Positions 20,528-31,893 of a DNA stretch of 64,000 bases are shown piece after piece. The translations under genes and the position numbers were made by a program. Location of the stretch: the IMG/VR virus record IMGVR_UViG_3300027987_000382, positions 82,840 to 146,839 of that record; one strand, 5' to 3'. Source of the DNA: a virus. The notes beneath the pieces are model-generated. The model was not told the DNA's origin, did not search any database, and saw nothing but the letters and a program-made list of their open reading frames with translations. How positions within the stretch are numbered: the first letter of the stretch is position 1; every line of letters starts with the position of its first letter.

Positions 20528-21358
20528 ATGAGCACAAATTCGGGTGGACGTGAGAGGTTCCCAACAGGCCAAGAGGTCCAGATACTACTGTTGACAGGCC
20601 AAGTAGATCCAAAGATCTACGTCGTCGAACCAGAGCCGGTCGAAACGACCGACGAAGATGACAACGAAGCCGAAAACATCGTACCAGACTTCGTCAGAGC
20701 CGACAGGAAAGGGCACGTCCCGCTCCGCGAGAAGGACGGCACCCGCACTTGCAAGATTCACTTTCGCCGGATTCTTCCGCTGGACTCAGATGGCAAAGCG
20801 ACTGTCATTGAGTCGAGTGATAAATACCGTGCGATTTGTCCGAAGTGTGGGAACGTATTCGATGTTGGACCGGATTGTGAACGGATCAACTGCCCCAATG
20901 ACGGCGAATTCGAGTTATCCTGGCTAGGAGTCAAACCCATGACAACAGAGACGAAGAAGGAAACCACCACCGCCACTGCTCCGAAGAGCAAGAGCGATAC
21001 GAAGGACAAGCCCAAGCCCGAAAAGAAGAAAGTCGCCAAAGAGCCGGTGCTCGTCGACTTCAAGGCCCTCGAAAGCCTCGATGGATGCGAACTCTGGACG
21101 AAAAAGAACGTCAAATTCGACCATCCCGAAGTTGACGTCAGGGCACACGTCCTGCTCTTCACCGGCGAATCGCCGCGTAAGTATTGCTTCAACACGTACA
21201 ACGGTGCTCTCGGCAAAAAGTCCACCGCAATCCACACGGACGAATTCATCGCCGACAAGCCCATCAAGGGAGCGAAGAAAGATCGCCCCTGGTTCGCCGT
21301 CAAAGACCTCGACAAAGAGCGAGAACGCCTCACCAAGAACGGCTACGAGCAGTCCTGA
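20528..21358 (+). CDS. Hypothetical protein with Zn-ribbon
   Basis: GGAGG RBS; CPKC...CPND; Lys-rich linker. Confidence 0.7.
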   Translation: MSTNSGGRERFPTGQEVQILLLTGQVDPKIYVVEPEPVETTDEDDNEAENIVPDFVRADRKGHVPLREKDGTRTCKIHFRRILPLDSDGKATVIESSDKYRAICPKCGNVFDVGPDCERINCPNDGEFELSWLGVKPMTTETKKETTTATAPKSKSDTKDKPKPEKKKVAKEPVLVDFKALESLDGCELWTKKNVKFDHPEVDVRAHVLLFTGESPRKYCFNTYNGALGKKSTAIHTDEFIADKPIKGAKKDRPWFAVKDLDKERERLTKNGYEQS

Positions 21359-21414
21359 GTCCCGTCGACAACTGGACACGGCCGTCCGAATCCCCATAGC
21401 AACGGAGTGCAGAC

Positions 21415-21612
21415 ATGCTAGTTCTGTCACGTAAAAAGAACGAATCGATCGTGATCAGCAACGACATCGTGATCACGGTCGTCGAAATCCGGGGCGACAA
21501 AGTCCGCCTCGGAATCGAGGCACCGAAAGAGATCCCCGTCCATCGCTCCGAAGTCAAGGACGCGATCGATCGGGATGCTGCAAAAGCAGCAAAAGCTAAC
21601 ACGTCAGTGTAA
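21415..21612 (+). CDS. csrA: Carbon storage regulator CsrA
   Basis: MLVLSRKKNESIVI...VVEIRGDKVRLGIEAPKEIPVHRSEV. Confidence 0.97.
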   Translation: MLVLSRKKNESIVISNDIVITVVEIRGDKVRLGIEAPKEIPVHRSEVKDAIDRDAAKAAKANTSV

Positions 21613-21634
21613 CGCAATCCGCCGTCCGTGGTCG

Positions 21635-21657
21635 AGAGCCGGGTCCTGCCCGGCTCT
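21635..21657. terminator. Hairpin after csrA
   Basis: AGAGCCGGG-N5-CCCGGCTCT; no clear U tract. Confidence 0.4.
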
Positions 21658-21673
21658 CGGCGTATATAATCCC

Positions 21674-21955
21674 ATGGATGAACACACCCCAATCGACGGT
21701 GAATACGGCCTCGATTACCAGCTCTTCGTCATGCGACGAATGATCGAGCAACTCCCGCCCGATCTCGCAACCTCTCTAAACGGACAATTGGATTCCATTA
21801 TAGAAGCCATCAAGAACCGCTTCAAAATTGTCCGAGACAACATCGAAAACAATCTCGATGACGCCGTCCTGGCCGTCAAAATGCTCGAATTCGACCTACA
21901 AGCGACGAAGAATGAACGAGACACCCTCCAAGAACGTCTCGACGGCTCTCCCTGA
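21674..21955 (+). CDS. Coiled-coil hypothetical protein
   Basis: 93-aa helical ORF. Confidence 0.6.
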   Translation: MDEHTPIDGEYGLDYQLFVMRRMIEQLPPDLATSLNGQLDSIIEAIKNRFKIVRDNIENNLDDAVLAVKMLEFDLQATKNERDTLQERLDGSP

Positions 21956-22039
21956 GCCTTTCTAGCCCTCTCCGCCCTCAGCCCCACCGCTTCCAGAATT
22001 CAAAGGAAGCCAAGAGAGAAGCTCGGAGCCACATAGTAG

Positions 22040-23422
<1,383 letters not shown>

Positions 23423-23426
<4 letters not shown>

Positions 23427-23617
23427 GCGACGACGCCCCCGACACAGCGGAATCGGATAGTCCACGCGAGCAGAAACGACGGCAAGTTCAACGGCACTGG
23501 TTCGACCAGCAGCCAGAGAAGAAGCAAGACGAGATTATCAAGCCTCACTTCGACGCCGAACACAAGACGTCTGAAGACGTCAAAAAAGCCGTCAAAGACT
23601 TTGAGGAGTATCAGTGA
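23423..23617 (+). CDS. Hypothetical protein
   Basis: Overlapping start/stop in operon. Confidence 0.5.
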
Positions 23618-24342
23618 GCAAGCTCACTTTGATGGTTTCGATCTACAACAGCGGTGATTGGATCGCAAACCGACTCAAAAACATCCTCTGCAGCACCGTC
23701 ATCAACGACATCGAAGTCTGGTGCGTGAACGCGAATAGCCCAGACGAACGAGATCACGATGTCCCGCTAGCGTTCTCACAACAACACCCACAAATCAAGT
23801 ACGAACGGCTCGCAGACAGGATTTCTGTTTACGAGACCTGGAACTATATCATCAAGAGATCACAGAGCACCTACATCGCCAATGCGAACACAGACGATAT
23901 CGTATCACCAGTGTGCTACGAAACCCTGATGGGTGCTCTAGACTCTGAAGGGCCTGGGTGCGGACTAGCATATTGCAGTTGGTACACAACTGGAAGGCCG
24001 AACCAAGAATGGGCCAAGATGGTAGCCGCCGCTCCAGACGGAAAGCCCGGCAACTACGCTGGAAATATTGACACAGCAGGAGTAGGTCATTTCCCATTAT
24101 GGAGACGCTCTTTACACGACGAGATCGGTCTCTTCGACACTTCGTTCCAAGCTCTCGCTGATGCCGACTGGTGGGCAAGAATCTACTACGTAGCCAAAAA
24201 GCGATTGAGGTGGATCAATCAAGACCTTGGCCTTTACCTGTGGCGTAACGGCCAAAATCTTTGGCATCAGAAAGTGAACGGAGAGGAATGGCGGAAATAC
24301 CACAGCAAACTGGCGATGTACAAGCAAGGAAAGTTGGAGTAG
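23614..24342 (+). CDS. GT2 glycosyltransferase
   Basis: SIYNS, YETWN, ANTDD, IGLFD..F..LADADW. Confidence 0.85.
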   Translation: MSKLTLMVSIYNSGDWIANRLKNILCSTVINDIEVWCVNANSPDERDHDVPLAFSQQHPQIKYERLADRISVYETWNYIIKRSQSTYIANANTDDIVSPVCYETLMGALDSEGPGCGLAYCSWYTTGRPNQEWAKMVAAAPDGKPGNYAGNIDTAGVGHFPLWRRSLHDEIGLFDTSFQALADADWWARIYYVAKKRLRWINQDLGLYLWRNGQNLWHQKVNGEEWRKYHSKLAMYKQGKLE

Positions 24343-25124
24343 AATCCGCACACGGATTCGGCGATTGCCTCTTCAACGCTCCGCTCATCAAAGCCATCGG
24401 CGAGAAACACGGCACCACAGTCGATGTGACCGTACGCCCTCACTGTGCCGATGCCTTCACCAACTTTCCCTTCATCGGTAAAATCATCCACGTCCAAGAG
24501 ATGAACCACGGAGTCAGACTCTTACGACAGCAAGGATACCAGCACGTCTACCAAATCACACAGAACGTCAAATTCTTCGAATTCAGACAACACGATAATC
24601 ATCACTCACTCATTGACACCCCGGCCCTGACTGGCAAACAGATCGGCGTCGAATTCGACCCACGGCCCCTGTTTGCCGCCTCACCAAAAGAATTAGCCGC
24701 CGCCAGCTCTCTCCCAGACGTGCCGACGATCGCCATCGAGAGCGTCTATAAATCAGCTCAGAGCTGGGCTCAGCGAAATCACGTGATGGAGATCGTCGAG
24801 AAATTCAAGAGCACACATCGCATCTTGTGGCTCAGCAACGAAGGTTGCCCTAACGCCCCGAACATTGACAACATGCTTCGCTTCAGCAGACGCGAATGCA
24901 TCATGTGTCTCCAAAAATGCTCGTACTTCTTTTCGGTTGGCTCAGGCTTCTTCTGTGCGTCGCTCGCCCTTCCAAAAGAATGCCAGCCGAAACACATCGT
25001 CTGTCTCTGGACGGATGATCTGTATAGATACGAGGGACGCTTGAGCGAATTCAAATGGCACCCACAAATAACATGGATTCACAATGCCCGTGATCTGACA
25101 ACGGCTTTGCAGATTATCAGATAA
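24261..25124 (+). CDS. GT9-like glycosyltransferase
   Basis: GFGDCL...P.IKA; F.SVGSG. Confidence 0.65.
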   Translation: MASESERRGMAEIPQQTGDVQARKVGVESAHGFGDCLFNAPLIKAIGEKHGTTVDVTVRPHCADAFTNFPFIGKIIHVQEMNHGVRLLRQQGYQHVYQITQNVKFFEFRQHDNHHSLIDTPALTGKQIGVEFDPRPLFAASPKELAAASSLPDVPTIAIESVYKSAQSWAQRNHVMEIVEKFKSTHRILWLSNEGCPNAPNIDNMLRFSRRECIMCLQKCSYFFSVGSGFFCASLALPKECQPKHIVCLWTDDLYRYEGRLSEFKWHPQITWIHNARDLTTALQIIR

Positions 25125-25834
25125 TGCAAGAAAAACTGTGTACAATCCTGGTCGCCCTCTGGCATGCTGGCCGCTTCATTGAGGCCAAGCTCAAGAACTT
25201 GAGTGCACTGGAAGGATTCGACAACTGCTGGATAGTGCTGTTGAATTGCCTGGATCATGATGATGTATCGAAGAAATATGCATATTTCCTCGAGCATCCA
25301 AACGTTCTCGAAATCAAGTACGACCAGCAGGTCAACCTATACCCAACCTGGAACGACGGCATCAAAGCGACGTCATCGAGATTTGTTATGAACAGCAATG
25401 TTGATGACATGTTGCACCCGACATACGTCCAACGATGTTGCGGTTGGTTGGATTCGCATCCTCAATTCGCTTGTGTGTCATCCAGTGTACTCGTGACACA
25501 CTCACCAAATCAAGATGACCATACCAAATGGGAATGGCAACGAAAAATGCCGTTTTACCCATATCCACATTCGTCGGCCGGACCATGCCCTGTGTGGCGT
25601 AGATCATTACACGGAAAATATGGATATTTTGGCGACTATCGCGTCATTGGTGACGCCAGAATGTGGGAGAAATGGCTGGCGAATGGCGAACAATTCGGCC
25701 TAGTCAAGGAAGATCTTGTCCTGTACTACAGGCACAACAGCTCGCTAGAGATGAGATTCGACGAAAACGGAACCATGTATCGAGACCTGGACCTTGCGGA
25801 AGATAAAGCCAAATCTGAAGCGGCAAAAGATTAG
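25124..25834 (+). CDS. GT2 glycosyltransferase (paralog of 23614)
   Basis: YPTWNDGI, SNVDD, WRRSLH..YGYF. Confidence 0.85.
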   Translation: MQEKLCTILVALWHAGRFIEAKLKNLSALEGFDNCWIVLLNCLDHDDVSKKYAYFLEHPNVLEIKYDQQVNLYPTWNDGIKATSSRFVMNSNVDDMLHPTYVQRCCGWLDSHPQFACVSSSVLVTHSPNQDDHTKWEWQRKMPFYPYPHSSAGPCPVWRRSLHGKYGYFGDYRVIGDARMWEKWLANGEQFGLVKEDLVLYYRHNSSLEMRFDENGTMYRDLDLAEDKAKSEAAKD

Positions 25835-26831
25835 AAAAGAACCAATCGTACGCCGCCTTGTTAGGACTACGCCGCGAGATCGGCCAGCGTCTCCAGCTGT
25901 CGCTGTACCAACCAAGAGTCCACCAACCTACACTAAAGACTCCCGCAAGAAGATCGCTTTGATTCAGACCGGATGTTGGGGAGATAACGTCAATAGTACA
26001 TTGATGTTCGGGCCGATAAAAAACCGTTTCAACGATTGCATCATTGACGTTCATACCTCGACCCTGTATGAATCAGCCTTCACCAACAACCCCCTCATCG
26101 ACCACATCGTCACTTACTCGGCGGATCGCAAGCAAGACGCATTGCATCTGACAATGACGATTCCACCTAAGATCGTTTCTGCCGGATACGATATGGTGTT
26201 TGCCCCGCATCCGATGTATAACGGAGACAAGTGGAAAAGCATACTGCACCCAGATCTCGGCGACAATCTCATTTTCGCCTGGGTCAGAGCACTCGAAGAC
26301 GCCAAAATTCCTTATGAGCTGCCGCTTGAGACTATCTTACGGCTGACGTCTCACGAGATCAACAACGTCGTCAAATTCAAGACCAAAATCAAGACGTTCA
26401 ACAAGTTTCGTAATATTCTGATGGAGGTGCATGGGGAATCTGGTCAGACATTCTGGGACCACACGTGGACGGTCGCGGTTGGGAAATATCTGCTGGAAAA
26501 TGAAGAGACAAATCTCTTTATAAGTCGCAAGAACACCAGTGGTGACGTTCAGGAGTTGGCTGCACTCGCTCCGGGCAGAGTGTTCTTTGTAGGGACACTC
26601 AGCATTAGAGAATGTGCGGAGTTATTCAACCACTGCGATGCCTTCTTCAGTGTGTCAAGCGGATTGTCGAACGCTTGCAATACGAATTGGTGCAAAAACG
26701 ACATCAAATGGATCGAAACGATCAACTCACAAGCAGTGTCAAGTGCACCGATCCGTAAAGAAGGGAAGGTCTTCTGGACTCACAATGACAAGAAGAAATT
26801 CTTCCACATGCTCAAAGACGAGGGATTATGA
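25794..26831 (+). CDS. GT9-like glycosyltransferase
   Basis: WGDNV.ST, F.NNP.ID, LSIRECA...CDAFFSVSSG. Confidence 0.7.
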   Translation: MRKIKPNLKRQKIRKEPIVRRLVRTTPRDRPASPAVAVPTKSPPTYTKDSRKKIALIQTGCWGDNVNSTLMFGPIKNRFNDCIIDVHTSTLYESAFTNNPLIDHIVTYSADRKQDALHLTMTIPPKIVSAGYDMVFAPHPMYNGDKWKSILHPDLGDNLIFAWVRALEDAKIPYELPLETILRLTSHEINNVVKFKTKIKTFNKFRNILMEVHGESGQTFWDHTWTVAVGKYLLENEETNLFISRKNTSGDVQELAALAPGRVFFVGTLSIRECAELFNHCDAFFSVSSGLSNACNTNWCKNDIKWIETINSQAVSSAPIRKEGKVFWTHNDKKKFFHMLKDEGL

Positions 26832-27253
26832 ATGTCACAATCACCCTCCTGCAAGCCGGTGACCTGTTCAACGGATTCCTTGAGACTCTCTCCGCCCTCC
26901 GTGATCCAGAGCTGACTCCGGACGAAGCACGACAGCTCAACGACATTCGTCGAGAGAGCGGTATCGACACTTACGTCGCCAAAATGGCAGATGAGGTCGT
27001 CGGAACTTTCTCTGTGTTTATTGAGAGGAAGTTCATCCACAAAGGCGGCAAAGTTGCACACATCGAAGACGTAGCTGTCCGCGAGGACATGCAACGTAAA
27101 GGCATCGGTAAAGCAATGATGCAGGCGGTCGACTCAATCGCAAACCTTGCTGGATGCTACAAGATCATTCTTGATTGCGGCGATCACAATATCGGCTTCT
27201 ACGAGAAATGTGGCTATCGCCTGCACGAGAAGATGATGAGAAAGGATACATAG
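26828..27253 (+). CDS. GNA1-like glucosamine-6-phosphate N-acetyltransferase (GNAT)
   Basis: IERKFIH.GG...HIEDVAV...Q.KGIG, GCYKIILDC, FYEKCG. Confidence 0.9.
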   Translation: MNVTITLLQAGDLFNGFLETLSALRDPELTPDEARQLNDIRRESGIDTYVAKMADEVVGTFSVFIERKFIHKGGKVAHIEDVAVREDMQRKGIGKAMMQAVDSIANLAGCYKIILDCGDHNIGFYEKCGYRLHEKMMRKDT

Positions 27254-27296
27254 TTTCGCTTCTAGGGGCTCCCCACGGATTATAGGAGATCCGAAA

Positions 27297-27665
27297 ATGA
27301 GAGGTCGTATCGCTATCGTTATGCTGATCGTTCTATTCCTCGCAAGTGACGAAGCTCACGCAAGACGTCGGTTCAGGCGATCCGCGTCAAATTCCGGCAA
27401 CAACGTCGGAACAGAATGGACGGGGGCAGTCGCGATTCGTGAAGACGACCAGGCAGCCTGCCAACGCGAAGCAGAATACATGGCCAAACACGGAATTCGT
27501 GGCCACGTCTTCGGGGTTATTGGCAGATTCGAAGGATGCGGTTGGGGAGCAAGAGGAAAGAACCGTTGTGGTACCTGTCGACCCGGCTGGAACGCGACAC
27601 TCACCGGCGATGCCGAAGCAACATCATCCTGGGGAGAAAAGTTCAGGGTTAGGTCTTGGAGGTAA
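27297..27665 (+). CDS. Secreted small Cys/Gly-rich protein
   Basis: Signal peptide ending AHA-RRRFRR; AGGAG RBS. Confidence 0.7.
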   Translation: MRGRIAIVMLIVLFLASDEAHARRRFRRSASNSGNNVGTEWTGAVAIREDDQAACQREAEYMAKHGIRGHVFGVIGRFEGCGWGARGKNRCGTCRPGWNATLTGDAEATSSWGEKFRVRSWR

Positions 27666-27666
27666 T

Positions 27667-27969
27667 TTGTACTACTACAGAGTCCTCTCAGGACCAACCA
27701 GAGTCGGCGAAGACGAACACGGTGCACGTGTCTCCTGTTTCAATATCTTGCCAGCTGGCGAATCATTAGAAGGAAACGTGCCCATCATCGGATGCGAACT
27801 TGATCTGACGGATCAGCAAGGACTCGCAATCAGGAAGATGATGCAAGAGATTGACGTCTTCTTTGACGATTACATGTACGAGTACAGGGCACAATACCAA
27901 CAAAAAGATGAAGAAGGCAAACTGAAGCGAATCCTCCTTGAGGTCAAGAACGGAATAAAGGTCAGATGA
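27667..27969 (+). CDS. Hypothetical protein
   Basis: TTG start after GGAGG. Confidence 0.5.
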   Translation: MYYYRVLSGPTRVGEDEHGARVSCFNILPAGESLEGNVPIIGCELDLTDQQGLAIRKMMQEIDVFFDDYMYEYRAQYQQKDEEGKLKRILLEVKNGIKVR

Positions 27970-28931
27970 GAATTCACTTCGTGTACGCTTTCGATCCCGA
28001 TAATGGTGTTCTGCAATCACCGTACAGCATCACTCGTAATCTCCACCGCTATCTCAAAGCACGAGCGGAAGTCGTCTACTACCAATGGGATCAGAAGAGA
28101 ACTCCGGAGTTAAAGCCGGACGACATCTTCATCGGCCACCCACACTACGACCCAGACACCGTCGTCCAAAGAGTCTTCCGCAAGAACTTGCAATGTAAAG
28201 CACGTTGCACGATCCACCCATTACACACGGCCAGAGTCAACGACAACTGGCCATTCGACTTCATGGCTCAGCAGGCCAACAAGATCTTTTCGATCTGCGG
28301 TCCATACTGGGTGGATACCATCGAAAACACCGTCTTCAAGCATTGGAAGCCGAAGATCACCAGACTCGACATGGCGGTCGACGCCAACCACTTTCCATTC
28401 CTACGGAAGAAATTCCACGAATCCGGCAAAAGAAGACTCGTTTATATTGGCAGTGCTATGCCCCAGAAGAATCTTGGGTACATGGCACAGCTGATGTCCA
28501 CCATGCCCGATGTCCAACTGGACTGGTACGGCGGAGACTCGAATCATCCACTAGCCAAATTGGCAAACGTCAGGACTTTTGGGTGGATGACTCTCAATTC
28601 TACTGTGGCTCAGAAGATCATTGATGACTGTGACATCATGATCAACACCAGCATCTCTGACGCAAATCCGACGACACTGCTAGAAAGCCGAGCATGGGGA
28701 TTAATCACGGCCTGCACACCACAGTCCGGCTATTACAACGACCCCTTCTTCACAGAATTGGACCTCGGAGATCTCAAAAAGTCACGAGAGGCCCTTCGTT
28801 ACCTTCTCCACGACGCAAGTAACGAAGAACTCATGGTACGTGCCATTAAATCCCGCAAAGAGATCGAAGATAAATACACGTGGGAGAATTTCTGTGGCAC
28901 AGTCTGGCGAGAACTCGAAAAGTTCGCCTGA
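27966..28931 (+). CDS. GT4-like glycosyltransferase
   Basis: YIGS..PQKN, DANPTTLLES..WG, KYTWE. Confidence 0.8.
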   Translation: MRIHFVYAFDPDNGVLQSPYSITRNLHRYLKARAEVVYYQWDQKRTPELKPDDIFIGHPHYDPDTVVQRVFRKNLQCKARCTIHPLHTARVNDNWPFDFMAQQANKIFSICGPYWVDTIENTVFKHWKPKITRLDMAVDANHFPFLRKKFHESGKRRLVYIGSAMPQKNLGYMAQLMSTMPDVQLDWYGGDSNHPLAKLANVRTFGWMTLNSTVAQKIIDDCDIMINTSISDANPTTLLESRAWGLITACTPQSGYYNDPFFTELDLGDLKKSREALRYLLHDASNEELMVRAIKSRKEIEDKYTWENFCGTVWRELEKFA

Positions 28932-29103
28932 GATCATCCCATTCGACACAGAATGCATCCTCTGCGGAAAGCCGTTCATAGAGGCTGAGTCAACTCGTAT
29001 CGACAAATGCCCAGAATGCGTGGCTATCCAAGAAGCAGCAATCAAAAAAGACGTAGACGAATGGCTTGCGAGGCAACAGAATGCTTCTTCCGGTTCTAAC
29101 TGA
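28840..29103 (+). CDS. Small Zn-finger protein (start uncertain)
   Basis: CILCG...CPEC. Confidence 0.4.
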   Translation: MPLNPAKRSKINTRGRISVAQSGENSKSSPEIIPFDTECILCGKPFIEAESTRIDKCPECVAIQEAAIKKDVDEWLARQQNASSGSN

Positions 29104-30160
29104 CAAAATGCATTGTTGGGCTTGGAACCGCATATACGTCAAATCCAACGGCCGAGTCCCCTGCTGGTGTGACGCCGGAGAGATCAAAACAATCTGGCAA
29201 AAAGACTTTGGCGAATCAGACTTCGTCAAAGACCTCGTCAACGGCCCAGAGCTGCGAGAAATGCGGCTCAAAGTCCTCCGCGACCAGCAATACTACATCG
29301 AAGAATGTGGCAGATGTTGCTGCATGATCGAAAAGGGCAAAGGCAGCCACTGGCGGTACCCTGACGGCGATCGCGACATCGACGTCGGCAAAATGAACGA
29401 AACCGCCCTCGGCATCTTGCGACGCGTCGCCAAAGTCAGAAAATGGCCCTACGGCAGCATCGACAAAATCGCCGAAATCCAGCTCGAGCCATCATTCCCA
29501 TGCAATCTTCGCTGCCCAGGTTGTCTTCATGGCTGGCACAGCGACCCAATGAGCACAGAAGAGCGGCCATATTTCTTCCCGCTTGATTGGTTCACCAAAA
29601 TGATCAAATCGATCGTCGTGAACCGCGTCACCCTAAAGCGGATCGCATTCGTAGGACGCGGAGAACCGACGCTCAATAAGCAATTCCCGGTCATGATCGA
29701 TCACGCCAGGAGTCGTATCCCAGAAGTCCTCATGTCCATGGACACCAACAGTAATCAACCATGGAGAGACGAGTACATCTGCCTCAATTGGATAAACTGC
29801 TCTATTGATGGGTCGACACCAGAAGCGTATTCGACCTATCGTCTGCGTGGTCGTTTCGCACCAGCAATCCGATTTATGGAGAACGCTGTAGCCGCAAGAG
29901 ATGCAGCCGGTGATACAACCAACTGCAAGATTCGCTGGAAATACATTCTATTTGACACAACCGAATCAGATGAGCTGCTGAATCGGGCTCAACAGATGGC
30001 GAAGGATATCGGCATCGACGAGCTTGACTTCGTGATCACTACTGTCGGAGCATTCGACAAGACGGTGAATCCAGCCACCAGATTCAAAACCATGGAACAG
30101 TTCAACGAATATCTGACAGGAAATCCGATATTCACAGGATCAATGGTGTCACGATCATGA
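29081..30160 (+). CDS. Radical SAM protein with N-terminal SPASM-like domain
   Basis: CNLRCPGC, GEPTLN, SIDG; N-term C..W...G.V.C.C...C..C. Confidence 0.85.
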   Translation: MLLPVLTDKMHCWAWNRIYVKSNGRVPCWCDAGEIKTIWQKDFGESDFVKDLVNGPELREMRLKVLRDQQYYIEECGRCCCMIEKGKGSHWRYPDGDRDIDVGKMNETALGILRRVAKVRKWPYGSIDKIAEIQLEPSFPCNLRCPGCLHGWHSDPMSTEERPYFFPLDWFTKMIKSIVVNRVTLKRIAFVGRGEPTLNKQFPVMIDHARSRIPEVLMSMDTNSNQPWRDEYICLNWINCSIDGSTPEAYSTYRLRGRFAPAIRFMENAVAARDAAGDTTNCKIRWKYILFDTTESDELLNRAQQMAKDIGIDELDFVITTVGAFDKTVNPATRFKTMEQFNEYLTGNPIFTGSMVSRS

Positions 30161-30894
30161 CTCACCCATTCAATGACATGAACCAGTGGGTCGGCTCTCC
30201 AGTCGACTACCGAACCGGCGACAAGGCCAAACAAGCCCTAACAGAAATCAACGACAACCGATATTGGAACGACGAAACTGGCAGCATCCTCGTGGACGAT
30301 GCCCGCTGGCGACAAGCTCAGCAATACGAACACGACACCTGGATGAAGCACGGCCTCGGCACGAGTACCGATCGGGATAACCAACATACCGCCAATTTCG
30401 GCAATTACGACGTCGTTCCCAAACATCTTCATCATTTGGTGGAGATTGGTTGCGGTCCCTTCACACAGACCTACAACATTCTACAGGGACGGCTAGCAGA
30501 CTCTATCACTCTGGTCGACCCACTTCTGAACGAATATCTCAGACACCCGCATTGTCGTTATCGGAAACTCCAGACTCCAGGATCGCCAAAACCACCAATC
30601 CTCAAACCGATCCCGGCGGAAGACTTTGACGGTAAGGGCTTCGACACAGCTGTCTGCATCAACGTGCTAGAGCACGTGCGAGATGCCACCAAAGTCATGG
30701 AGAACCTCGTTGGCTGCCTCCGTAAAGGCGGCACCCTGATCTTCCATGACAGGACTTATGACGGCCTCGATATCACAAAGATCTATGATATCGGTCACCC
30801 AATACGGATTACGACGAAGTTCCTTGAACCGTTTCTTAAACAATTCACGCCCCTACGCGTGCACGGGGATTATTTCATAGGTCAGAAGGAGTGA
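30157..30894 (+). CDS. Class I SAM methyltransferase
   Basis: EIGCGP, FD...CINVLEHV.D, L..GG. Confidence 0.85.
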   Translation: MTHPFNDMNQWVGSPVDYRTGDKAKQALTEINDNRYWNDETGSILVDDARWRQAQQYEHDTWMKHGLGTSTDRDNQHTANFGNYDVVPKHLHHLVEIGCGPFTQTYNILQGRLADSITLVDPLLNEYLRHPHCRYRKLQTPGSPKPPILKPIPAEDFDGKGFDTAVCINVLEHVRDATKVMENLVGCLRKGGTLIFHDRTYDGLDITKIYDIGHPIRITTKFLEPFLKQFTPLRVHGDYFIGQKE

Positions 30895-31430
30895 AGATGG
30901 CCAAGCCCAAACCAGTCAACTGGCAGCTCATTGAGGACCAAGAGCTATACACCTTTGTTGGCGAACTCATCGAGAAATTCCACGGCAGCGACAAAGACAT
31001 CGGCGGCGTCGGCCTCAACTTCGTCCTCATGTGGCGGCACAACGTCAAAATGGACCAAGACGGCTACGTCGTGCTCGCCGACGTCACAAAATCCTCGGAC
31101 CAGAATCGCGAGCTGCGTCCACATGATGTCATCATCGGCGTCAACAAAGACGCCTGGAGCGTCATGGACGCCAGACAGCGGACAGTCGTTATCGACTCCC
31201 AGCTCGAGCGAATCGCCGTCTGCCTAGACAAAGACGGCAACCCGAAAGAAGACGATCGTGGTCGCACCCTGTTTCGACTCCGTCGAGTCGAGACGATCGA
31301 TGACCACACATTCGCTCGGCGGCACGCCCACACAATGCGTGAAGTCCAGGAATTCATTCACGACCAATTCGCAAAAGCGGGTGCAGAAGAAGGCAGCTAT
31401 GTAGCTGAGCAGCTGGAAGACGATGAGTAA
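30891..31430 (+). CDS. Putative phage metallopeptidase-like protein with degenerate active site
   Basis: D.II.VN..W...Q...VID; SQLER where HELxH is expected. Confidence 0.55.
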   Translation: MKMAKPKPVNWQLIEDQELYTFVGELIEKFHGSDKDIGGVGLNFVLMWRHNVKMDQDGYVVLADVTKSSDQNRELRPHDVIIGVNKDAWSVMDARQRTVVIDSQLERIAVCLDKDGNPKEDDRGRTLFRLRRVETIDDHTFARRHAHTMREVQEFIHDQFAKAGAEEGSYVAEQLEDDE

Positions 31431-31893
31431 TTGTACCTCCAAGTTCAGCAGATTCCAGCTCCCAATGATGCGGAAGGTCTATCCATCGTTGATCGCCAGC
31501 AGCATTGTTAGCGTTCAACCGATGAGTCAGCCCGCAAGCCTCATCTTCTACCTCAAGCACAGATACAAGGGAGCTTTCATACTGAAATCTGGCTTCTACG
31601 TGCTGGTCGGCACATGGATTCACAACGACAAAGAATTATTGCTCCTACGAGAATTCAGTGGAGATCCAGACGAAGAATGCGTTTATGTCGATGTTGCTGA
31701 GAACATGACCGAGCCAGGACAAGACCAATCCAAGCAACAATACCAGCTCAGAGTTGAGTTCGAAAACGGCGATATCAAGGAAGGCAACCAAGAGTTCATC
31801 GACACAAACGTAGACATCAAATTCCACAAAGATGGGATCTGCCACGATTTCAAGTTCATTCGCAAAGAGATGGCAGCCGTATGCCTGACCTAA
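31423..31893 (+). CDS. T4 gp23-like capsid N-terminal segment fused to unknown domain
   Basis: PMMRKVYPSLIASSIVSVQPMSQPASLIFYLKHRY. Confidence 0.7.
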   Translation: MSNCTSKFSRFQLPMMRKVYPSLIASSIVSVQPMSQPASLIFYLKHRYKGAFILKSGFYVLVGTWIHNDKELLLLREFSGDPDEECVYVDVAENMTEPGQDQSKQQYQLRVEFENGDIKEGNQEFIDTNVDIKFHKDGICHDFKFIRKEMAAVCLT

